In this document: positions 12,627 through 25,696 of the stretch, piece after piece
How positions within the stretch are numbered: position 1 is the stretch's first letter
Layout: each line of letters begins with the position of its first letter
Assembly (NCBI GenBank): GCA_024137785.1
Contig: JAHRHZ010000163.1
Span: forward strand, 814,163 to 878,162
Source: Ginglymostoma cirratum
Lineage: Eukaryota
DNA: 64,000 nt
Direction: 5' to 3'
Made by a program: the position numbers and the translations under genes
The notes under the pieces: model-generated
What the model was told of the DNA's origin: nothing
Databases searched by the model: none
What the model saw: the letters and a program-made list of their open reading frames with translations, nothing else

Positions 12627-15280
12627 CACAGCAACAACAAAGCACAACAACTCAAAAATACCCATGGCCCTCTGGAACCTACCTACCCTCCCCTCCCCTC
12701 TGACTCTTTCCCCTCCCCCAACACCCAACTTCCGGTCGAGTATTCACCATTCCCCCTAACCTTCCGCTCTCCGATGCTGAATGCTCTGTACTCAGCAAAG
12801 GCCTCAGCTTTATCCCTCTGCTTCCCCACCTTAACGAAATTTGGGCACGGCATGACGTCGAACTGTTCTTCCGCCATCTTCGTCTCCGTGCTCATTTCTT
12901 TGGACGACAGTCCTCTCCCAGTCCCACAGATCCCTTTGCCCAACTCCAACATTCTCCCTCCACCTGGACCCCTCCATCTGGCCTTTTACCGGCACTCAAT
13001 CCTTTCATTGAGAACTCTCGACGTGACATTAGTCGCTTCAATTTCACTGCACCTCTCAACAAATCCAACCTATCTCCCTCCGAACTGACTGCACTCCGTG
13101 CATTCAGATCTAACCCTGACTTTGTCATCAAACCTGCCGATAAGGTGGTGCTGTTGTTATCTGGCGTACTGACCTCTACCTTACAGATGCTGAGCGCCAG
13201 ACCTCAGATACCTCCTCGTACATTCCCCTGGACTATGAACCCACCATGGCACATCAGGCCATTGTATCCACTACGGTTACGGATCTCATTTCATCCGGTG
13301 ATCTCCCCCCATCTGCTTCCAAGCTAATAGTCCCTCAACCCCGCACAAGTCGTTTCTACCTCCTGCCAACATTCCATAACAGGACTGTCCAGGTAGATCC
13401 ATTGTTTCAGCCTGCTCATGCCCTACAGAACTCATCTCTTCCTACCTTGACTCAGTCTTCTCCCCGCTGGTCCAATACCAACCCACATACATCCATGATT
13501 CATCTGACACATTACGCCAGTTTCAAAACTTTCAGTTTACTGGCTCCAGCCACCTCCTATTTACCCTGGATGTGCAATCCCTTTACACGTCGATTTCCCC
13601 ACCAAGTGGTTCTTAGGGCTCTCCGCTTCTTCCTGGAGCAAATACCTGAACCATCCCCACCCACCACCACCCTCCTCCACTTGGCCGAGCTTGCCCTCAC
13701 CCTCACCCTCAACAACTTCTCTTTCATCTCCTCTCATTTTCTTCAGGTAAGAGGTGTTGCCATGGGTACCCGCATGGGCCATAGTTATGCCTGTCTGTTT
13801 GTGGGGTACGTGGAACATTCCTTGTTCAAGTCCTATTCCGCCCTCCACCCACAACTCTTTCTCTGATACATCAATGATATCGGTGCTGCTTCCCTCTCTC
13901 GTCTGGAATTGGAAAACTTCATCAATTTCACCTCCAATTTCCACTGTTCCCTCACTTTCACCTGGCCTATCACTGACTCCTCCCTTCCCTTCCTCGACAT
14001 TTATGTTTCCATTTCTGAGGATAGAATGGCCACTAATATCGACTACAAACCCATTGACTCCCACAGCTACCTGGACTATACATCCTCACACCCCACTTCC
14101 TGTAAAGACTCCATCCCACTCTCTCAGTTCCTCCATCTCCATCGCATATGTTCGGCCGAGGCCAACTTCAACAAGAGAACCTCTCAAGTGTCCACCTTCT
14201 TCCTCAACCAAGGATTCCCCAGCTCCATTGTCAACAGGGCCCTCAAACAGGCCCGACCCATCTCCCGCACTTCTACCCTCACACCTTCTGTCCCCTCCCG
14301 CAATGGCAATATGGTTCCCCTTATCCTCACCTACCATCCCACCAGCATCCACATCCAGAAGATCATCAGACGCCATTTCTTCCACCTCCAGCAAGATCCC
14401 ACCACCAGACACATACTCCCCTCCCCTCCCTTGTCAGCCTTCCGCAGCGACCTTTCCCTCCGGGACACCCTGGTCCACATTTCCTTCACTCCCCACAGTC
14501 CTATGGCACCTTCCCCTGTAACCAGCAAAGGTGCAACACCTGCCCATTTACCTGCTCCGTCCCCAGTATCCAAGGTACCAAACATACCTTCCGGGTGAAG
14601 CAACACTTCACCTGCACTTCCCAGAATCTGGTCTACTGCATTCGCTGCTCACAATGTGGTGTCCTATACATTGGGGAAACGAAGCATAGTCTTGGCGACC
14701 GCTTCGCAGATCATCTACGTTCTGCTCGCAAAAAAAGCCCTGAACTACCTCTTGCCTGCCACTTTAATGCACCACCCTGCTCCCTAACCAACATGTCTGT
14801 CTCTGGCTTGTTGCAGTGTTCCAGCGAAGTCCAACACAAGCTGAAGTAACAACATCTCATTTTCTGCTTTGGGATCCTACACCCCTCCAGACCCAATATC
14901 GAGTTCAATAATTTTAGGGTCTAAACTCTCCCATGTCCCAGACTCCCACCCCACACACCACGCCTTGTTACCACATAGCCTGCCATTACACATACCCTGT
15001 TGCTAGTCACTTGCAGTCCCCATTAACAACTATTCACTCTCCCAGCCTGACCGTTAGCAACTCCTTTGCCTGTCCAATTGTTTTCCTCTCTATTTGGGTT
15101 CTATCCTATCGTTTACTGCCTTCCCCACCCACCTCCCTATTTGCTGCATATAAACTGACGTTTTTCCAGCCACCATCAGTTCTGAGGAAGGGTCACCGGA
15201 CATGAAACATTAACTCTGATTTTTTTTCTTCACAGGTGTTGCCAGATCTGCTGTGCTTTTCTAGCAACTTTGTTTTTGTC
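12627..15280 (+). mobile_element. Penelope-like retroelement (Neptune-type), 5'-truncated and frameshifted; RT + GIY-YIG endonuclease
   Basis: RT motifs VIKPADK, RFYLLP, LDVQSLYT, FLQVRGVAMGTRMG and LPFLDI. Cys-rich linker FPCNQQRCNTCPF. GIY-YIG motif NLVYCIRCSQCGVLYIGETK. The coding sequence is split over several frames. Confidence 0.93.
15178..15215 (+). ncRNA. Minimal hammerhead ribozyme motif in PLE 3' end (partly degenerate)
   Basis: AGTT-CTGAGGA-A-GGGTC-ACCG-GACAT-GAAAC-AT-T-AACT. A CpG mutation disrupts helix III. Confidence 0.6.
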
Positions 15281-15789
15281 CGATCGATGTTGCCTCTGAG
15301 ATGTGAGAAGAAGGAGAGATGAACAAACCCACTTTTGGTTTCACACCGTCCACTTTTGAATTCTTTTCCCACTTGAGATCTGACAGTGTAGATCACAAAA
15401 CATTACAACTTGCAGAAAGTGCAATAAAATTCACAATGTCTCCTTACAAAATGGCTCACTCCTAGACGCCTGGATACAGTTGCAATGGGAATACTCTATT
15501 TACTGCGTATAATGTCAGGAGAACTGTCCAAAGACAAATCATTTCCACGTGGCAGAGGGAACGCAAACATTTCTACACATTAGTATGTACACTCTGATGA
15601 TCCTCAACACAGTTACAATCTTCTTCACACCAGCACACTCTGTGTGTGTGTTGATGCTGCTGTGAGCTACTGTGAGCATCTCACTGGTGTTTTCAGCCCC
15701 CACCATCCCCTGTGCAGTCGGGAGGCCAGAAGGTGGTGGGATTGTATCACTTTAAACTCAAGGAAGTAATCGGGAGTAAGGCATGGGAC

Positions 15790-15985
15790 CTTTTTCTCTC
15801 TCCCTCTCTCTGTTCCTACGCTCCCTGCCTATCTCTCTCTGTCGATCTCTCTCTCTCCTCTGTGTCCCCCCGTCTCTCTGTCTCTCCCATTCTCTCTCTC
15901 CCTCTCACTGTCCCTCTCTCCTCCCTCCCTTCCTGTCTTTGTCACTCACTCTCTCCATCTGTCTCTCCCCTCTGTCTCTGTGTGT
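15790..15985. repeat. CT-rich low-complexity tract
   Basis: Degenerate (CT)n. Confidence 0.85.
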
Positions 15986-16132
15986 TCCGTCGAGAGTGGC
16001 CCACCATTCACAATGATCTTTTTTGATGTGATTGTGTATGAACGCCACTTTCTGCCAGAAGACACCGGAAGGAAGGTGATTAATCTAAAACAAGAAGTAA
16101 ACTGGGACTATTAACAAACAGCTGACATTAGA

Positions 16133-17300
16133 AGAGATAATAAGAACTGCTGATGCTGCCGTCAGAGATAACACAGTGTGGAGCTGGAGGAACACAGCAG
16201 GCCAGGCAGCGTCAGGGGAGCAAGAAAGCTGATATTTCGAGCCAGCACCATCTTCAGAAATGGGGGAGCGGGAATGGAGCTCAGAAATAAAAAATAGGTG
16301 GAGAAGGGGTGGGGCAGGGGAAGATAGGTGGGATGGTGATAGGTGAGTGTATGCAGGCAGTGATGGGGATTGGTCAATGAGGTGGGAGGAGCGGATAGTT
16401 GGGAAATACGATGGCCTATTTGCATCTGGTCAAGGATGCGGGGATGAGAGGGAGGGTTGGACATGAGATGAGCCTAGAGAGATGTTAAAACGGATGAATT
16501 CCATGTTTTGGCCATTTGGTTGTAAGCTCCTGAGGAGTAATATGATGTGCTGCTTCTTCAGTTTCCAGGTGGCGTCATAATGACACTGGAGGTGGCCCAG
16601 GATGGATATGTCGTTCAGGGAGTGGGAGGGGAACTTGAAATGGTTCGTGACTGGAAGGTGTTGTTGTTTGTCGTGAACAGAGCTCAGGTGCTCTACCAAG
16701 CAATTCCTGAAATTCTGCTTGGTCTTACCAATGTAAAGGAGGCAACATCGGGAGCAGCAGATGTAGTAGACCACATTAGCTGATGTGCAGATAAACCTCC
16801 ATCTGAAGTGAAAGGTTTGTTTGTTTCCTTGGATGGAGGCGAGGGGGGAGATGTAGGGGCAGGTGTAGCACTTCCTGCGGTGGCATGGAAAGGTGCGGGG
16901 GGAGGTGGGGCAGTGGGGAGTGTTGGGTGGACAAGGGAATCGTGGAGAGAGCGGTCCCTCTGGAAGGCAGATAGGGGTGGAGAGAGAAATATACCTTTTG
17001 TCGTGGGATTAATTTGTGGGTGGCGGAAGTGACCGAGAATGAAAACTTGAATCGGAGGTTAGTGGGGTGATACGTGAGGACAAGCGGGATCCTGTCTTTC
17101 TTTGATTTTGCAGGGAGGGGATGTGAGTGCAGAGGTGTGGGAAATGCAAAAGATGCTGTCGAGAGAATTTTCGACACCGAAAGAGGAAAGTTGTGTTCCT
17201 TGAAATCAGAGGATATCTGGGATGTTCATGAGCCGAACACCCCATTTTGGGAGCAGATGCGGCAGAAGCGGAGGAATTGGGATTAGGGGATCGCATTCAA
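16133..17300 (-). mobile_element. Penelope-like element 3' fragment (RT C-terminus + GIY-YIG)
   Basis: RIPLVLTYHP and VYYICCSRCCLLYIGKTK. 3' tail with CTGAAGA..GAAA core at ~16230-16258. Confidence 0.9.
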
Positions 17301-18437
17301 TGATGTCCTATACACCACTGATTCTGGGAATATTTATGGAGATGCCCCCTCCTGTTACTGCTCTAATTATCCCCCTTCATTTACAGCTCCCCTCAGCAGG
17401 ACTGCACAGCTCCGACCTGATCTGCTGACTGGGTAATCTCTCAGCTGTGTCAATCACAAGCTGCTTTCACTGCTTGTCCTTCAGTTACTGAATTGCTAAT
17501 ACCACCACATTAACACACTGAGACTTTGTGCATGGCAAATGCCTGAGGACACGCACCTAGACGTTTCCTTCAGCAGCGAACTGTGGTCTCAACCCACACT
17601 GTACCACAGGCAACGACATCCAACCCCACCACCACACTGTTCCCCTGACAAAGGCCAGGGATGCTACACCCATTTTGATCCCCAACAACCGGCCTGCTGC
17701 GCCACCACTGCACTGTTCCCTTAACAATAGGCTTTATCCTCACGCACATTATGGTCCCTAGCACCATCCTGTCGCCCCAGACCAAACTATTCCATAGGCA
17801 ATGGAAGATGAGAGAGGATTATATGAAAAGAGTATAGAGGGTGTGAAAAAAACAGAGAGAGGGAGATTGGGAGGTAGAGAGAGTTCAAAAGGGAGACAGA
17901 GTGAAGGACATAGCAGGAGAGAGGGACAGTGAAAAAGAGGGACAGAAAAGGACGAGGAGACAGGGAGAAAGAGACATCATGGTGGGATTCGAAGCAAGCT
18001 ATGGACGGAGTTTTAATAAGGGAGAGGGACGCACTCCATCGAGGTCGGGTTGGAGTGGGGTAACCAGAGATGAAATCAAGAACTTAGTGACTTAAACCTA
18101 ATTCCTGTGCACAGCCTCAGCCTCCCCACCTTCCCCGAGGACCAGGACTTGGGGCCGAGTCTGTCTCTCACCAGCTCAGCTTCTTTAACACAAAGATGAA
18201 CAACAATATAGTTCATTCTGCTGCTTGTCACTTTTTAAAGGATATTTTTACTTCTACAAATTGAAGTTATCCATACAATCAGTAGCATGATGCCTTTTCC
18301 CACTAGAAATGTGTCCCTGTAACCCCCTGTGGGATAACGTTGGACAACCCAACACTACCCTCAGCCTGTTATCATAGCAAAAGGCTGCATCATTGCTGAA
18401 ACATTGAACTGACATAAGAAACTCCTAGATGCATTGA

Positions 18438-19345
18438 TTAGTGAGTGAATTTGATTGATTGATGAATTTGAGTAAAGGAATATTTCAGCACATTCTTCAA
18501 CTGCTGCCTGAACTTAGTCTGGGTCGTGGCATAAATCGTGGTGTTTGTGCAGCAACTGAAGAGCTGCAGCATGAAGCCTAATTCCTGCACAAACCTATCT
18601 AGATACACAGACTGATACCCAATCCACCACATCCGGTTCCATATAGAATACACCATTAACATTGACCATAAAAGGATGAACTTTGCAGAGATCACAAACA
18701 GTAAAATGGTGGGTTTTTTTCGATTTCTCATTTATGCGTCACCCAAACCGTCCCCATTGGTGTGAGCCCGGAGTCTCCTGCAGGCTCTGCTGGTCACTAA
18801 AATTTGTCTGATGGTGAAAACGTTGAGCAGCAGAATCAGGAGAAATGGGAGTGCCGGGGTTTAAATGCGATGGAGGAACTCGATGGTGAGCCAGACACGA
18901 GAAAATGCAACATAGCCTGTTATATCATAAAACAAGGGGAAATTCGCCACCAAATACTGACCTGCGAACATAAAATACCAGAAAATGTTTTTTAAACAGC
19001 TCAGCATAGTCACTGTTCCCAAAACCACAGCTGCCGTTTTCTCACTGCAATATTTACTTTTCAGCTTCTGACAACAAATGGCCACAAATCGATCGAAGGT
19101 GAAAGTGACGGTGAACCAGACAGAACAGTCAGTGGCTGCATAAAGCAGGACGGCGTGGATATTACACACGGGGATGGACTCCAGGAAATCAAACTGTTCC
19201 TTATAAACAATGGGAATGTGTCTCAATATCAGGTCGAGGATAATAACTAGTAGGTCCGCCACTGCCATGGCCCCCAGGTAACGTCTGACACATGGAAACA
19301 ATCCACAATCTTTATAAGGCAGTACATTGATCGTCACTACGTTAA
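18438..19345 (-). pseudogene. Exon 2 of a class A GPCR (GPR139/GPR142-like) pseudogene
   Basis: One reading frame with YLGAMAVADLLVII (TM2), VCNIH, TFDRFVAIC (TM3), LPFLLILLLN (TM5) and SCCTNTTIY..FRQQL (TM7/H8). In-frame TAA at 18861-18863 and 18732-18734. Acceptor TTCCTTCCTCACAG|TT. Confidence 0.92.
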
Positions 19346-20084
19346 CTGTGAGGAAGGAAAACAAACAATTCATACACCAGTCTGGAGCAAAGTTACCAGT
19401 TTGATTGATGACAGTGTGAAAATTTCAAACAATTCACTGTATTCGTAGAATTATTAAAATAATTGGAGGTGAGGTAACAAAAGGTAAGTTCTCAATTAGT
19501 TATAATATGTGACACAAAACGGGATCTTTTCCCTCGGGAATCTTATCTTTTGTTCAATTAACTAACGTTCGGTCATTCACAAATAATGTCGGTTACAGAA
19601 TGTTCCGGGGTATTTCGGTTATAGAATGTGAGGGAGTCATAAAGATCCACATCACAAACTCCCTACTGTCCATCAGTTTTGGTGAAATACTTTCAGCCTC
19701 GTAGTGGAAATTTCTCCCCAAACTCAACTCAATTGACACTTTGCACGCAAAAACAATAAATTGAAACTTAATCATTTGATATCAGATACTCTTTATGATT
19801 ACACAGATGTGATCCTTTTTTCGAGATCCCCCCAACCTCATTTTTAGCTTTGCATAAAACTCCCAAATGTAAAATGTCCTGAATATTCAGTTCCCAACAT
19901 TGATCACCCCGTAGCCATGTCACTCTAGTGCCATTAAATCATATCTATTTAACTTCATATTTACATTGAATTCCTCGATATTCTTGAGAATATAACACAC
20001 AATACATAAAGTGCCCTTATTCATCTTTTTGAGCCATTATTCGCTGTTTCATTGTTGCCTTTATTCATCATTTTTCCCTGTCAC

Positions 20085-20770
20085 AAAACAGTCTGACATC
20101 GCCATACTCAGAGAATCAGACCTGATGGTTAATATTTCAAGAAGCAACTTCACCGTCCCTGGGTATATCCTGTCCCACCGGCAGGACAGACCCACCAGTG
20201 GTGGTGGTACCGTGGTATACAGTCAAGGAAAGAGATACCCTGGAAGTCCCCAACATTGATTCCTGAATCCAAGAAATCTCATGGCAACAGGTCAAAGATG
20301 GTCAAGGAACTCACCTGATGATGGACATCTACTGCCCTCTACAGTTCTCTTCGATGTTAAAAACAAATTGTGGGAAGCACTGAGGGTGACAAGGCCACAG
20401 AACGTACTCTGTGTGTGGTACTTTAATGTCTATCACTAAGATTGTCTCCACAAGCTCATCACTGACAGAGCAGGGTGAGGCTTAAGATACACAGCAGCCA
20501 GACTGTGGGAAGTGTTAAGTGAACCAACAAGCGATAAACATTCTCATCAAACTAATCATAACGGATGTATCTGTCCCTAACAGTATCTGTGGAGCACCCT
20601 GCGCACAGACCTGGCGGTGGGAAAGTCTCGTCCTCATCTTGAAGATACCATCCACTGTGTTAGTTAGTAGTACCTCCCGCAAAGTAGGGGATAATTCTAA
20701 AGGACCAACATCACCTCCTTCAGGCAGTCCATATATTGAAACTAACCTGTGATATTTACTGCTCTTCACA
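20085..20770 (+). mobile_element. LINE (CR1/L2 group) endonuclease fragment
   Basis: DIAILRES..FTVPGYILSHRQDRPTSGGGTVVYS, an AP-endonuclease-like remnant. Confidence 0.7.
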
Positions 20771-20839
20771 CTTGTCCTGGCATCTTCAAAAATCAAGCAT
20801 TGAAATTGTCAGAGTCACAGTCCCCATGAAACAACTGAA

Positions 20840-20985
20840 GTACTCACATGATCACAAGTATGAGCAAGTGAAATACTGATATACTCACACGGAGCGAGTC
20901 AAATAGTGACATGCTGTCAATGGAGCAACAGAACTCCTGACACATACAACATGGAACGAGTGAAATATTGACAAACTATCGAGCA
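20840..20985. repeat. Degenerate ~30-bp minisatellite
   Basis: Recurring gagc(a/g)agt(g/c)aaata(c/g/t)tga units. Confidence 0.5.
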
Positions 20986-21204
20986 AGAAAGATCATGATA
21001 AGCTCCCCTTATCTGTGTTAGTACGGATGTGTTTGTGTGCGCATCTTACGTGACTGCGGGACAGGTCTGACAGTCTTCTGTGTTGCTTGAAGTGATGCAA
21101 TGGCACCCTCCGCTGGCCTCCACACGCCAATGCATAGGCAGTGGCAGAGGTGAAAACCATCAGGGATTCACTCAGGGAGGGAGAGGGGGAGGGCAGTAGC
21201 ACAC

Positions 21205-21900
21205 AACATCATCTAAACTGATTTCTTATTCATGTACTTAACTGAGTGCCTTTTTAAATTTGCAACTGTACACACTTCCACCATGTCCTCTGGAGGTTCA
21301 TTCACACACAAACCACTCTTTGTGTATAACAATTGCTCCTTGTGTCTTTACAAAAGCTTTATTCCTCTAATTTTAAAATATACCCCTAGTCTTCGAATCC
21401 TCCATCCTAGGGAAAAGGCATCTGTTATTCAACTTATCTGTACCCCTCATGATTTTATAAACCTCTATAATGTCACCCCTCAATCTCCTACGCTCCAGTG
21501 AAAAGTATTCCAGCTCATCCAGCTTCTCCTTATGAATCAAACCATCCATTCCCAGCAACATTCTGGTAAATATCTGCTGAACCCTCTCCAGCTTAATAAT
21601 ATCCTCCCTATAACAGTGAGACCAGAACTGAACACAATACTCCAGAAGAGGTTTCACCTACGTCCTGTACAATCTCAACATGACATCTCCACTCCGAAAT
21701 TGAATGATCTGAGCAACGAATGCAGCGTACTAAACACCTCCTTAATCAACCTGTCTGCTGTGACACAAACGTCAAAGAATTACAATTCCAAAACACTGCA
21801 AAAGTCCGACTTTTAAATGTGTAAGTCCTACCCTTGTTTGTTTCTCTATAATACTATACCTTGCATTTATGCAAATTATACACCTTCTTCCACACCACAG
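21205..21900 (-). mobile_element. CR1 LINE 3' fragment
   Basis: LEYCVQFWS..KLERVQ..FTRML..FSLERRRLRGDIIEVYKIM. Confidence 0.9.
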
Positions 21901-22524
21901 CCCAGTAAGTGATATTCCACCACCCACATGACTCCGTCATTGTTTGAAAGACCCTCCTCTCTCCAGAAGGCCTACAAATTCTGACCTTGCTTGTCCCAAA
22001 GACTCTGAGGTTGGTTTGCCTTGTGCAGGCAGGTGGAAGAGGGGTGTGGATTGCAGTCCAGCCAGTAGTGAGGAAACGCTGGAATATAATTTGTTGCCTT
22101 GTAATGTTTAATAGTTTGAGGAAGAGGGCAGTCACATGTTAGAGGCAATGAAATAATGATTTGCAATACGGTCTTTTGGGGCCAGAAATTATGTTATTGC
22201 ACCATCACTGGTGTTCAGTAATAATATTTATTAGAGGTCATTCATAGTGCAGAATGTGTTGCTGGATTTCTTTCCCTGGCATTGCAGTCCACAGATAATA
22301 GCTAGTTAAGATGGAAATCATAGCCAAGCAATTAAATATGTTAATAGTTTATCTTGATGGCTGAGTATATACACTCAACATCCTATAGTTGAGGCAGATA
22401 CCTTGCATTTGTTTAACATTAAAAAATGTTCCCTGTGTAAATCACTAAAGTTAACCAGAATTTAATAAATCTAAACGGTGATGACAGTGTCGCTTAAAAT
22501 GCGACCCAAGATCTGGGCTTGGTT

Positions 22525-22825
22525 TAGGTGCTGTGTAGTGGATAGCGCCCATACCACTGAGGCAGAGTTTGGGATTAAATTCCAATCCCTGAGTCTGTGT
22601 TAATGTCCCCAGCTCTGGACCAGATGTTCGGGATTCTGTCCTAACTGTTGCAGAGGCGTGTCACAACATGTTCAGTACAGGTTGATGAGCAAACACACAG
22701 GAGTATAATATTGTAGATTCACGGGGCATTGCAGTATATTGGTAACGTCCCTACCTCTGGGACGAAAGGTATAGATTCAATTTCCACAGAGATGTTCCAT
22801 ACTGTGACTGAAAAAGTTGATTAAA
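22525..22825 (+). mobile_element. Two degenerate tRNA-headed SINE copies
   Basis: gtccctacctctg..ttcaa..cagag(g)..aggttgat motif, the same family as ~56900 and ~63040. Confidence 0.5.
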
Positions 22826-22949
22826 ATTATTTTAGAAGTGTGACTTGATCGATAAGGAAGAGGTGTCAATATTGAATTTAGGCCCGGGACGACAGAAAAC
22901 ACAGACATTTGTGTTGATTGGAGTTACATTTTCCCTTTGCGGATGTTTG

Positions 22950-23581
22950 TAAATTTATGAAGGGCATGGATAGCATGAATAGCCAAAGTCTTTTTCCCAG
23001 TGTAGGGGAATCCTACATTAGAATCCAAAAATAGAAGGTATAGGTTTAAAGTGAGAGGGGAAAGATTTAAAAAGGACTTGAGGCAAAATTTTCACGCATC
23101 ATTCTCTCTCTGTCTTAAAGTCACACACAGACTGTGTTTCTGTCTCTATATGCGTGTATGGAACAAACTGCCAGAGGAAGTAGTAGAGCTGGTAAAAATA
23201 CAACATTTAAAAGGCATATGGATGGGTAAACAATTAGGAAGGGTTTAGAGGGATATGGGCCAAATGCTGGCAAATGGGACGAGATTAGTTTAGGATGTCC
23301 GGTCAGCATGGACAGTTGGACTGAAAGGTTTGTTTCCCTGCTGTACTTCTTTATGATTCATTCATCCAATTGACCTAAATCTCTTTCTGACCTTAGGTTA
23401 CCCCCTTCCCTGTCCACTATCCAATCAAACTTGGTGTCATCCTCAAACTTGCTAATTATGCCGACTATAATTCTCATCTAAATCGTTTACTTAAATGACA
23501 AACAAATGTAAACCCAACACAGCTCCCTGTGGTTCACCGGTGGTTACGAACTTCCAGTCCGAGAAACAACTGTCTCCTGCC
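22950..23581. mobile_element. CR1 3' end (+) and RT fragment (-)
   Basis: RGERFKKDLR..VWNKLPEEVVE on the plus strand; SDWKFVTTGEPQGAVLG on the minus strand. Confidence 0.8.
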
Positions 23582-23747
23582 NNNNNNNNNNNNNNNNNNN
23601 NNNNNNNNNNNNNNNNNNNNNNNNNNNNNNNNNNNNNNNNNNNNNNNNNNNNNNNNNNNNNNNNNNNNNNNNNNNNNNNNNNNNNNNNNNNNNNNNNNNN
23701 NNNNNNNNNNNNNNNNNNNNNNNNNNNNNNNNNNNNNNNNNNNNNNN
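23582..23747. other. Assembly gap
   Basis: Run of N. Confidence 1.
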
Positions 23748-25584
23748 CAGACACAGTTTGTGTGTGTCTTTAAGACAGAGAGAGATAACTTTTGATTAAT
23801 AAGGGGATCAAGGTAAGAAGGCAGTAGAGTTGTGTTGAGAAACATGTCTGGCATGATGAAAGAGCAGAGCAGAATGGATGGGCCAAATGGCCTAATTCTT
23901 CTCCAATTGCATGTTGCTGTATGGTCTCAAGGTATCAGGAATATTTTTCCAAGAGAGCAGTGGAGGTTAATATTGATAAATACTTTACCGAGCAGAGTCA
24001 ATGGGAATGTGAGTTAGGTTTGAGGGGCTGAATGGCCTACATCTGTTCCTATTTGTTGTGCCTTTATTTCTTAAAAGATGAAATGACTAGCGGTGTGGTT
24101 AGCACATTTTAAGGGGTGTCCCAATTAAGATTGAGATAAGGATATTTCTTTCTCTGCAATATTGTGCAGTCTGTAGTTGTTGTCATCTCCAGGGAACAGT
24201 AAAGATTGGGTTATTGAAGACATTCAAGGCTGAACTCAACTGACCTTTGACGGACAGGAGACGCAATATTTATTTGGAATAAGTAGGAAAGGGGTGTTCA
24301 GCCATAAACAGATCAACCATGATCTTTCTGCATGGAACAGTAGGCTCAAGGGTCCCAATGGCCAACTGCAGCTCATGTCCGATGTGTCGTTCTCTTACTG
24401 CACCCCTCAAGGCTGGTACAGAGGTAAAGGAAGACCAATTCAGCCAGTCAGGATCACTACAATGATATAGGAGCAGACAATTCTGCCCCTCTAAGGAGTT
24501 ATATAGGAGTAAAATGAAATATTCAGTCACGCAGTAATAGAAATATATGGGACAGAAACAGACACTTTGGTCCAACTCGCCCATGCCGTTCAGATATCCT
24601 AAGTAAATCTAGTCCCAGTTGCCAACCGTTGGTCCAAGCTGGGTATGAAAAAGGCCCCTCATCTCTCCTTACAGAACTTAGCCCCTCTCTGCAACCTGTG
24701 CTTCATATTTTGGTCATGCTGCAGACCCAGATTCACTGTGAATACAACCCCCATACCTCACACTGAGATGGCTCACAAAATCTTCTCATCTCCTTAACTG
24801 CAACATTCAATTACGGAACTTTCAGGAAAATAACAACCATTAACTTTCCAATAACAGAATCGGAGAACATTAGAAATCGGAGCAGCCCAATCCTTCCTTG
24901 CCCATCAATAAGATCATGGCTAATCTGTTCTAGGTCTCAAATCCTCTTTAATGCCCAAATCTGAATGGCCGTCAACTCTCCCTCAGGTCAAAATCTACCT
25001 ATACCCTCTTTAAATACTTTCAATGATCTAACTCCACTGACTCTCTGAAATGGAGAATCCTGGCATTCGTTAACCTGTGTTTGAAGAAAACATTCCCTGC
25101 TCCCACATCATGAGCTATCGATATGAACAAAAGAGATGAACACAAGGGCTCAAGTAAGAGGGACTAACCCTGATATCAAGGCAGTATTTAACAGACAATG
25201 CTAAGGAGGAGCTTGAACAAAATTGAACTTAATGGAAATCAATTGTAAACTCCCAATTGGTTTGAGTCATTCACTGCACAAATGAAGATACTTGTGGTCA
25301 GAGGACGTCGATGCAGTCTGTCCCGGGGCATCCCTTCAGGAGATCCTTGGGTTTGCTTCATCGGCACAGGCTTCTTCAGTTGCTTCATCAATGAATTTCC
25401 CCAAAATAAGATTAGAAGTGGGGATGGCTACTGAAGATTACATACTGTTCAGAACAATTTATCACTAGGTACTTAAGTAGTCTGTGTCCATCTGCAGTAA
25501 GACCTGGACAACATCCAAGCTTGTGCTGTTAAAGTATATGTAACATTGATGAAACAGTACAGCTAGACACTGTACATTGCTTAT

Positions 25585-25674
25585 GGCTCACTGGTCTAGG
25601 GGTTTGATTCTTGCATAGGATACTTTAGAGTGATGACATGTGAGAGGTCCTGGGTTCAACTCACGGATGAGTCC
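25585..25674 (+). tRNA. Intron-containing tRNA-Pro(AGG) (degenerate)
   Basis: GGCTCACTGGTCTAGGGGTTTGATTCTTGCATAGGA[TACTTTAGAGTGATGACA]TGTGAGAGGTCCTGGGTTCAACTCACGGATGAGTCC, with an 18-nt intron at 25621-25638. Confidence 0.85.
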
Positions 25675-25696
25675 AGATTTCTTGCTCCACTTTTAG

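Noticed and set aside
13561-14606. Antisense and alternative-frame ORFs over the PLE
   Set aside because: Shadow ORFs of the C-rich PLE coding strand.
17318-17342. ATGATGT...CTGA snoRNA-like boxes
   Set aside because: Imperfect C box and spacing far too short.
20993-21202. GC-richer 69-aa ORF, possibly a DNA transposon piece
   Set aside because: No recognisable motif.
25629-25637. C-box-like GTGATGA in the 18-nt Pro introns
   Set aside because: Too short for a C/D snoRNA, no D box, and the third copy reads GTGAGGA.
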